Assembly (NCBI GenBank): GCA_965116885.1 | Contig: OZ220741.1 | Coordinates: 640,001 to 704,000 of the forward strand | Source of the DNA: Candidatus Latescibacterota bacterium | Lineage (GTDB): Bacteria; Latescibacterota; UBA2968 | Length of the DNA stretch: 64,000 nucleotides | Direction: 5' to 3' | Shown here: positions 8,733-16,460 of the stretch, piece after piece | Layout: the number at the start of each line of letters is the position of its first letter | Numbering within the stretch: the first letter of the stretch is position 1 | Translations under genes and position numbers: made by a program | The notes under the pieces: generated by a model | The model's database searches: none | What the model was told of the DNA's origin: nothing | The model's input: the letters and a program-made list of their open reading frames with translations, nothing else

Positions 8733-10619
8733 ATGAGTGGCAACCGGACGAAACGTCTCATGCTCATGTTTACAATTGGTCCTGTGCAATCGTTTATTGA
8801 AGCAGCTCGGAAGACAGAGGACTTGTGGATGGGGAGTTATATTCTGTCTTATCTTATCGCTAAAGCAATGGACAAAGTTCGTGGCGACGATATTGAGCTG
8901 ATATATCCCGCTATTGGAAACCAATCGCCATTTGAATTTTGGAAACAACAAGATTTCGCAACCCCATCTTTTCCAAATCTTTTTTTAGCAATTGGCAACG
9001 GTATTGAGGTTTCTCAGAATGCATTGATTGAACTCGCAAAAGATGCTGAACGTACTATAAAAACCGAATTTGAGCGAATGGCGGAATGTGTGATTGATAA
9101 GGCATTCAGCAACAAGTGGCGTGGTACTTATGTAGAGGAAGTGTTCAAGCGACAAATCTCGGATTTTTTTGATGTCTATTGGGTGATTACCCAAGAAGCA
9201 GAGCAAAATTACGGGGATTGGTACGATCACACCGCAAGCAATCTCGCAGCTATCAAAAATTGCCGAACATTCGCACAGATCCGTGAGTTTGGACGGAAGT
9301 GTTCACTTGATGGAACACGCGAAATTCTCCATTTGAGACAAGACGAAACTGTGCGAGAAGCAATGAAATGGTGGCAGGGCTTTGCTGAACGCGAACCGAA
9401 GTATTGCCGCAGGGAAGAGGCTCTGTGTGCCGTTTCATTAACCAAACGGATGGGAAGGCATTTTCTGGAGACCCAATCGGAATTTTCAGATCATTTTTCT
9501 ATTCAATCTCTGAACTTTCCATCTACATCGGAGATAGCTACAGCGGACTTCAAAGAACAATTCCAACTCAATATTGGGGCCTTAGGCATTTATGGAGATT
9601 TCGTTAAAGAAGTCAAAAAGTTGAGGACATTGGACAACAAACCAGCAGATATTCCAATTATTCAACCGTTACCAAAAATCGGGATGCTCCAGGGGAATAT
9701 TGATGGCGAGTGGCTGTACGAAGAGACTTGGAACGAGTCCTATCTAAGGCGTTACTACAACATTGATGCAAAAAACCAGAATAAACAGATTCAGACTTGT
9801 AAGAGATTGCACCATAAACTTGTCCAATGTCTTGGTGAACCGGGGCGATATTATGCTGCCATTGCACTTGATGGCGATAACATGGGCGAGAAGATTCGGG
9901 AAGCTAAATGCAAGGAAGACCATGAAAAACGCAGCAATGATCTGATTCAATATACGAAAGATGCTCGTCGGATTACTGAACAAGAGCATCTCGGAAAACT
10001 GACCTATGCGGGTGGTGACGACATCCTTGCACTCGCAAACCTCAAAGACCTCTTACCTATACTGAAAGGCTTGCGCGAAACATTTCCCAATTTCACGACT
10101 GCTTCGGTAGGTGTATGTATTGCCCACAATAAAGTTCCACTGGGAGAGGTGCTTCAGCAAGCGCGTCAAATGGAGAAAGTAGCGAAAAATGAAGGTGAAC
10201 GGAATGCTCTTGGAATCACGCTGTTTAAGCACTCCGGAAATATCAGCCAGACAGTAACAAAGTGGACGCCCGGCGATTTGGATGTGCTCAATATTAGTGA
10301 GGAGTTACTCAAATTATTGAGCGATAATGAAATTTCTAAGCGTTTTTTGTACGCTTTCCGTGAGACATTTGCCAAATTAATTGAAGACGAAGATGATTTC
10401 GGGGAACTGGGCCGTCACCTTATTCAAGCTGAGTTTGAACGGATTATGGAACGGGCACATTCGAACAAAAAAACAGAACTCAAAGAAAGTCAACAAACCA
10501 TCCATACACTTACTCAACTCATCTATCATATCCAGCCTTTCTCTCACTTTCTCGGATATTTAGAAATTATCAATTTCATTGCGAGGATAAAAAATGAAAC
10601 TGTTTCTCCAACCCAATGA
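8733..10619 (+). CDS. cas10: type III-B Cas10/Cmr2, Palm cyclase motifs intact, no HD domain
   Basis: ATG 8733 after AGGAGG; starts at FTIGPVQSFIEAARKTEDLWMGSYILS; FPSTSEIA, YYAAIALDGDNMG, YAGGDD, SVGVCIAH. Confidence 0.93.
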   Translation: MSGNRTKRLMLMFTIGPVQSFIEAARKTEDLWMGSYILSYLIAKAMDKVRGDDIELIYPAIGNQSPFEFWKQQDFATPSFPNLFLAIGNGIEVSQNALIELAKDAERTIKTEFERMAECVIDKAFSNKWRGTYVEEVFKRQISDFFDVYWVITQEAEQNYGDWYDHTASNLAAIKNCRTFAQIREFGRKCSLDGTREILHLRQDETVREAMKWWQGFAEREPKYCRREEALCAVSLTKRMGRHFLETQSEFSDHFSIQSLNFPSTSEIATADFKEQFQLNIGALGIYGDFVKEVKKLRTLDNKPADIPIIQPLPKIGMLQGNIDGEWLYEETWNESYLRRYYNIDAKNQNKQIQTCKRLHHKLVQCLGEPGRYYAAIALDGDNMGEKIREAKCKEDHEKRSNDLIQYTKDARRITEQEHLGKLTYAGGDDILALANLKDLLPILKGLRETFPNFTTASVGVCIAHNKVPLGEVLQQARQMEKVAKNEGERNALGITLFKHSGNISQTVTKWTPGDLDVLNISEELLKLLSDNEISKRFLYAFRETFAKLIEDEDDFGELGRHLIQAEFERIMERAHSNKKTELKESQQTIHTLTQLIYHIQPFSHFLGYLEIINFIARIKNETVSPTQ

Positions 10620-11763
10620 TACCTTCTTTTTTCGCGACGGGCGTCCTTTTACAAAAGGCGAACAGTCTGAAGGTCATTCAATTTTTCCACCCCTTCCCTC
10701 GACAGTTCTCGGTGCGTTGCGTACTGCATACATCGCTGAATTTGGTGATCTATCGCTTTTCTATTCCGGCGGGATGCGAGAGACGATTGGTACGCCAGAA
10801 TCACTGGACAATGCTATTCAAGTGCGCGGTGTTTTTCTTGCAAATAGGCGAAGCAATCAGATGGGTCGAATGGAAATATTTTTTCCAGTGCCACTTGATC
10901 TGGTATATAAAAAAATAGAAAAGAGAGATGATCATACCCTGCTTCATTTACTGACGCCGCAATCTAAAAATTTTGCGTCGAACGGGATAATCAGCACGCC
11001 TCTTACATGGCTAAATTCCGAGTCCATTGATTTCGATGCAGATGGATTGTTACGACTGGGGGCAATCACACGATACTTACAAGGAAACAGTCAGAACCTG
11101 CTTCTTACAAACCGAGCAACATTGGTTGAGCGCGAAACCAAAACGGGTATCGCGCGGGATAGACACACTTTGTCGTCCGAAGAACACATGTTGTATCGTA
11201 TTGATATGTCGAGATTTAAAAATAGAGATGGCAATTACGGCTTTGTGGTAGAATATGAATGCCCTATGAATTTGCCACAAAAAGGACTTTTGAAATTAGG
11301 TGGAGAAGGCAAAGGTTTTGTCTATCAGCACAGCAACTATGATATTGATCCACTGTCCAGCCGTCTTGAGGCAGTCAAACGAGCCATCCAATCAACAAAC
11401 AGATTCAAGCTATATTTTGCAACGCCGACCATATTCCGGAACGGATGGTTACCTTCATGGTTGAATAGCGATACGCTTTCGGGTGAATACCCACTGGAGA
11501 ATACAGCACCAATTTCACTCAAATTAATCACCGCCGCGGTTGGTAAACCTGTTCCTGTTGGCGGATGGGACATGGCAAAAGGTGAGGCAAAACCCAACTA
11601 TCGCGCAGTGCCTGCTGGCAGCGTCTATTACTTTGAATTGATGGATAAAAATCGAATTGATGATTTAATCGCCGCTTTTCACTACCAAAACATTAGCGAG
11701 GAGCGTTCTGAGGAGGGATTTGGACTTACTCTTATCGGTGTCGCACAGGAGGGAAATGCATGA
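10594..11763 (+). CDS. cmr3: type III-B RAMP Cmr3
   Basis: PNDTFFFRDGRPF, FPPLPSTVLGALRT, KLGGEGK, GGWDM, AVPAGSVYYF, EGFG. Confidence 0.92.
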   Translation: MKLFLQPNDTFFFRDGRPFTKGEQSEGHSIFPPLPSTVLGALRTAYIAEFGDLSLFYSGGMRETIGTPESLDNAIQVRGVFLANRRSNQMGRMEIFFPVPLDLVYKKIEKRDDHTLLHLLTPQSKNFASNGIISTPLTWLNSESIDFDADGLLRLGAITRYLQGNSQNLLLTNRATLVERETKTGIARDRHTLSSEEHMLYRIDMSRFKNRDGNYGFVVEYECPMNLPQKGLLKLGGEGKGFVYQHSNYDIDPLSSRLEAVKRAIQSTNRFKLYFATPTIFRNGWLPSWLNSDTLSGEYPLENTAPISLKLITAAVGKPVPVGGWDMAKGEAKPNYRAVPAGSVYYFELMDKNRIDDLIAAFHYQNISEERSEEGFGLTLIGVAQEGNA

Positions 11764-13010
11764 AGACGCTTATAACACCAGTCGGCACATCGCTCTTTAC
11801 AAACTATCTTGATGAGAATGGGGACAGTGCCTTTAGACACAATTATGAAACAATCAGAAGATCTCCCGCTTCGGAATGGGATGAGTATGATTATGAAATT
11901 GAGGATCTAAAAACGTCCAGTCTTGAATTTATTAAAAAAGAAAAGGAATCCGCGTCTGCGGAACTTCAGAGTATCGCTAAAATTCAAGAAAAATTCAAAG
12001 AGGACCTCGAAGTTCGTCTATTTGCCTCAGACACGATTGCTTCGCGATTGGCTGCGAAGATTTTAGCGGATGATAAAGTGGCTTCAGTTTTAGGCGATAA
12101 TATCTCTGTCACATTCGATACACAAACAGATGTGATCAAGGGGCTTCAGGTTGAAGATCCCAAAGTCTTTTCGCAGGAAGGCCTGTCCAACTTGATTCAA
12201 AAGATCAATTCGGCCAGCAATAATGCCGGGGGCTATCAGGAACTTGCTATCAATATCACCGGAGGGTTCAAAGCCACCTTGCCATATCTGACGATTTTGG
12301 CACAACTCAATCGTGTTCCACTTTACTACACATTTGAAGATACTGAAGCACTCATCTCGATTCCACAAGCACCGTTAGTTATTGATTGGGGTTTGATTGA
12401 ACGCTATTCCGACGTTCTCAGAAAAATTGATGAGGGAATAGGAAATTGGTCGGCATTCAGAAACCAACATTACCAGGCTGTTCAAGATTTGGAGGCATTC
12501 ATTGAAGTTGTTGACGAAATGGCATTTCTTTCCCCTATTGGCCAAATTTTCTGGAATCACTATCAAAGATACTTTATCGTCGAATTGCCAAGAGGAAGTT
12601 ATTTCAAATATGACTTCAGAGAACGCGGCTTGATTGATCAATCCATTGAAGAGCTTTATAGACGGTTAGACACCGTTCTAAGACCAGATCTTCTCGATCT
12701 GGTGAAGTGCTATAAACGCATTCGCGATTTGGGACATAATGATGACTTAAATCATACTGGACAAATCCCAAATCCTACGAGAAGTCCGAATCGAGAAATG
12801 TTCATTTTCAAATCGACAAATGAAGAGCAGATACGGTTGCTATACACCTTTAAGGTGAATGAACGAGAGATCACTCGGCTTACAATATTTGATCTTCTTT
12901 GTCGAGATTTTAACCACAGTACTTATTTTGATACATGGAAACGCAAATTTGGTCGTCAAAATTTTCCTGATATTGACTTTGTCACACGCACATTTGAAAT
13001 TCCTTCATAG
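11760..13010 (+). CDS. APE2256/SSO1393-family CARF protein with C-terminal probable RelE-like domain (Cami1-like effector or ring nuclease)
   Basis: TPVGTSLFTN, SAELQS, FASDT, INITGGFKA, LYYTFE CARF motifs; LSPIGQIFW wHTH-like linker; about 150-aa C-terminal domain with FIFKS, IRLLY and NHSTY. The RelE call is tentative. Confidence 0.75.
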   Translation: MKTLITPVGTSLFTNYLDENGDSAFRHNYETIRRSPASEWDEYDYEIEDLKTSSLEFIKKEKESASAELQSIAKIQEKFKEDLEVRLFASDTIASRLAAKILADDKVASVLGDNISVTFDTQTDVIKGLQVEDPKVFSQEGLSNLIQKINSASNNAGGYQELAINITGGFKATLPYLTILAQLNRVPLYYTFEDTEALISIPQAPLVIDWGLIERYSDVLRKIDEGIGNWSAFRNQHYQAVQDLEAFIEVVDEMAFLSPIGQIFWNHYQRYFIVELPRGSYFKYDFRERGLIDQSIEELYRRLDTVLRPDLLDLVKCYKRIRDLGHNDDLNHTGQIPNPTRSPNREMFIFKSTNEEQIRLLYTFKVNEREITRLTIFDLLCRDFNHSTYFDTWKRKFGRQNFPDIDFVTRTFEIPS

Positions 13011-13032
13011 GTTTTAACAAGGAGAAACCAAA

Positions 13033-13995
13033 ATGTTCAAACAAGCTAAACCCCTCTTTCTTATCGTCGAAACCCCACTCCACGCTGGTAGCGGTAATGA
13101 CTTGGGCATTGTTGATCTCCCGATCCAGCGGGAAAAGCATACGGATTATCCAAAAATCGAAGCATCTGGACTAAAGGGCAGCATACGTGAAATTTTTGAT
13201 GCTCAAGGAAATAAATCTGAAATCGATCTTGTATTCGGCCCCGAACAAGGCGACTTACACGCTGGTGCTTTGGGATTTACGGATGCACGTCTCTTGCTTT
13301 TCCCAGTCAAGTCGGTCAAAAACGTGTTTGCCTGGGTAACCTGTCCCGCAGTTTTAGAGCGTTTCAAACATGACCTTGCCATCTGTCAGCCGAATATTGA
13401 GTTTATTGATGATCTCCCCGATAGTGAGGCGGTGACGACAGAGAGCGAACTAATTATTAAGGATAATAAAATCGTGCTGGAAGAATACACATTCGCGGTT
13501 AGCCAAAACAAAGAATGTGATGCTATTGCAGATTGGATTATCGAAAACGTTCTGCCAAAGGATCCGGGCTACAATTATTGGCGCGATAAGATGAAACGAG
13601 ATATGGTCGTGTTGACCGATGATGATTTCCGTGATTTCGTAACGCTTTCGACAGAAGTCATTGCCCGCACCAAAATCGACAGTGAAACCGGTACCGTTGC
13701 AAAAGGTGCGCTGTGGTACGAGGAATACTTGCCGACTGACTCTATTCTCTATTCGCTTGCCTTGACCACACCCATCTTTAAGGAAAATGACGCCGATAAA
13801 GGTATTTTCCAATTGACCGATCAGGATAAAGAAGAGAAACGCGATGAGTCGGAAAAGGTAATGGACTTCTTTGTGGATGGATTGCCGAATGTCATTCAGA
13901 TCGGCGGCAATGCAACCGTGGGCAAGGGTATAGTTCGTACACACGTTTATCAAAATGGAGGAGAAAACCATGCCACAAACTCCGACAATGCGTAA
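13033..13995 (+). CDS. cmr4: type III-B RAMP Cmr4 (target RNase)
   Basis: ETPLHAGSG, IVDLPIQRE (catalytic Asp present), DARLLLFPVKS, LWYEEYLP, QIGGNATVGKG. Confidence 0.95.
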   Translation: MFKQAKPLFLIVETPLHAGSGNDLGIVDLPIQREKHTDYPKIEASGLKGSIREIFDAQGNKSEIDLVFGPEQGDLHAGALGFTDARLLLFPVKSVKNVFAWVTCPAVLERFKHDLAICQPNIEFIDDLPDSEAVTTESELIIKDNKIVLEEYTFAVSQNKECDAIADWIIENVLPKDPGYNYWRDKMKRDMVVLTDDDFRDFVTLSTEVIARTKIDSETGTVAKGALWYEEYLPTDSILYSLALTTPIFKENDADKGIFQLTDQDKEEKRDESEKVMDFFVDGLPNVIQIGGNATVGKGIVRTHVYQNGGENHATNSDNA

Positions 13996-14368
13996 GGGAA
14001 TTGAACAAGGGCGTGCCAAGTACGCTTTTGAGGCAGTGAGCAGTGTTAATGGTGACAGATTGAAGAAAGAGTATAAATCCGCGGCAAAGAAACTCCCCGT
14101 CTTAATAAAAACGAATGGACTTGGGCAGTCTTTGGCATTCATTAAGAAAAGGAATAACGGGCACGACAGGCTATACGAACAAGTTGGAAACTGGCTCCAA
14201 GCCGTAGATACCAAACAGTTGGTTTCGACTGGCGAACTTGTGGAACAAGTCATCGAACTCAAATCACCCGACTATCGGCAAGTTACTGTCGAAACGCTCG
14301 CACTACTCAATTGGATTCGCCGATTTGTCGATGGACTCATGGATGATGTGGAGGAGAATGATGCTTAA
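13970..14368 (+). CDS. cmr5: type III-B small subunit Cmr5
   Basis: EQGRAKYAF, YKSAAKKLPVLIKTNGLGQSLAF, WIRRF; ATG 13970 after GGAGGAG. Confidence 0.92.
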   Translation: MPQTPTMRKGIEQGRAKYAFEAVSSVNGDRLKKEYKSAAKKLPVLIKTNGLGQSLAFIKKRNNGHDRLYEQVGNWLQAVDTKQLVSTGELVEQVIELKSPDYRQVTVETLALLNWIRRFVDGLMDDVEENDA

Positions 14369-15443
14369 TTTCCATCCATTGGATACGAGGGAACTGGTTC
14401 GCTCAAATAATCAGATTGATAATTTCGCGTTGCGTTACCGACATTCCTTGCAGGTTACTCGCGATGGTGAGAAATACAAATTTCAACTTTCCGATCCGAC
14501 GTTTAGTAAATCTTATGATGAATTGATTGAGCAGTTGCGAGAACGTCAAACAGAGCAATTTCTCCAATTTGTTATGCAGGATATCAGGCTTTACTGCGTT
14601 GATGCAACAGTTGATTGGCGACTAATTGTTGGCCTCGGCAGTGAGCATGTTCAAGAGACAAACATGACACTTCATCATATCTACGGCATTCCGTACATTC
14701 CCGGAAGTGCCGTGAAAGGCGTGTTGCGGCATTGGTGGGTGCAAGAGGATTTCGACAACAACGAAGACAAAGCACTGAAAGATAAAAATTTTCTCGCTCT
14801 CTTTGGAAGTCAAAAACGGCGCGGAGAAGTGCAATTTCTTGACGCCTATCCTGAGCAAGTCCATTTTGCGAAAGATATTATGAATCCACACTATCCCGAA
14901 TATTACAGTGGTAGCGCACCACCAACAGATTCTCAAAATCCAAGACCTATCAATTTTTTAACTGTTGAGAAGACCGCCTTTCGGTTCGCTTTCTTAGCGA
15001 AGAAGCAGAAACTTCTCGATAAACTCAAGGCACGATTTGAAGATGTATTAGAGCTGAAGGGCATCGGTGCGAAAACAGCGGTTGGCTATGGGTATTTCCG
15101 AAATTTTGAAGATCAGACCGACAAAATTATTGACACATTCAAGCGTCAACAACAAGCTGAACGGGAAGAAGCGGAAAGACAGCAAGAAGCCGAGAGATTG
15201 GCAAGTCTTTCTCCTGTCGAACAAATTGTCGAAGAATTGAATGGTCTCGCTGACAATTCTGTGGATGAAGCGCGTGTTACCGATATCTACAACATAGAAC
15301 TCCTATCTCTTGAAGGAGATGATCAACAGATGGTCGCACAGGCATTGAAAGCTTATTGGGAACGTATCAATAAGTGGAGTGGCGGTTCGAGGAAACAGAG
15401 AACAAAGGTGCAAAAGGTTAAGTCAATTTTGGGAGAGAGTTGA
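14358..15443 (+). CDS. cmr6: type III-B RAMP Cmr6
   Basis: RLIVGLG, HHIYGIPYIPGSAVKGVLR, FLDAYP, DIMNPHY, PINFL, GIGAKTAVGYG; start 14358 or 14361. Confidence 0.93.
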   Translation: MMLNFHPLDTRELVRSNNQIDNFALRYRHSLQVTRDGEKYKFQLSDPTFSKSYDELIEQLRERQTEQFLQFVMQDIRLYCVDATVDWRLIVGLGSEHVQETNMTLHHIYGIPYIPGSAVKGVLRHWWVQEDFDNNEDKALKDKNFLALFGSQKRRGEVQFLDAYPEQVHFAKDIMNPHYPEYYSGSAPPTDSQNPRPINFLTVEKTAFRFAFLAKKQKLLDKLKARFEDVLELKGIGAKTAVGYGYFRNFEDQTDKIIDTFKRQQQAEREEAERQQEAERLASLSPVEQIVEELNGLADNSVDEARVTDIYNIELLSLEGDDQQMVAQALKAYWERINKWSGGSRKQRTKVQKVKSILGES

Positions 15444-16179
15444 CTATAGTAATCTGGCAAAAATCTTTGGTGAACGGGTGGGTGAAACAGGAGCAGACTT
15501 TTGTGCGATCAACGCCACAGGTGGCTATAAAGCCCAGATCGCCATTGCCGTTCTGATGGGCCAGGCACTCGACATTCCAGTGTATTACAAACATGAACGC
15601 TTTGATGCCATTATCCCGTTTCCACCTATGCCAGTGGCACTCGATTTTTCAATCTGGCAGCGGGCCAGTGGCATGTTTATGGTACTCGGCAAAGGCGACA
15701 TTATTCCGTGGGAGCAGTATCGTGAGGATTGGGATGAACGATTTGAGCCACTGGTCAATCGCGAGGAAATTGATGGCGAGGACTATCTGGAACTCTCGGC
15801 GACGGGACAGATCTTTCACGAGACCTTCCGAACCCGTTTTCAGCAGATAAAGGCCCACAGTCTTCCGCGACCAGCAACAGATAATGAGAAGTAAGCCCCC
15901 AATCTGGGCAATCACGGATACGGACAAGCTCAGACTCCCATTTTGCGGTTCCTGCAAAAGCTTACTGATGAGGTCCCTTACATCCGCTTTTGCCACTCAA
16001 CGTATTGGAACCCGGACCTGCCTGAATCAACCCGGTTTCGGTCATCGGGCGGAGAAGTCCAGGGCATATACTCCAATGGAACCTGGTGCGTGAAGTTTAA
16101 GGTGCATACAACATCAGATGATCAGGAGGTATTACCCGGCATTGTGGCCGATCTCAACGACTGGATAGAGAAAGGTTAA
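15444..16179 (+). pseudogene. decayed second APE2256-family CARF gene (5' truncated, in-frame TAA at 15892-15894)
   Basis: Has INATGGYKAQ and VYYKHERF but lacks the N-terminal VGTS/SAE motifs and a proper start; ORFs 15379..15894 and 15943..16179 are in the same frame, separated by a single TAA. Confidence 0.8.
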
Positions 16180-16460
16180 AAGAGAGTTTTCAGTTTGATT
16201 GAAGCCAGTGGATGCGACCCAGAGGCGTCGATCAATGTCATGCTGGCAGCTTGAGCGTGTAGCGAACAACGCGCGTGAGGATTATAGGCATTTCCTCAAG
16301 TTCTGGTGGGTCGCAAATTTCTAACTTTTTGCAGGAGTGTGTATTATGAACAAAGAATCGAAAGCAATTTTTCATTTTTGGGAGGATTTTGTATGTCAAA
16401 ATGGCCTGAGTCGCAAACCGCCTTGTAACTATCTGTAACAGAGGGAATAACACAGACGGT
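16180..16460 (+). promoter_or_regulatory. CRISPR leader
   Basis: AT-rich non-coding stretch directly 5' of the first repeat with repeated GTCGCAAA motifs; the repeat orientation ending in ATTGAAAC puts the leader on this side. Confidence 0.65.

Noticed and set aside
16243..16260. TGGCAG in the CRISPR leader as a third sigma54 promoter
   Set aside because: No TTGC/GC at the required GG-N10-GC spacing.
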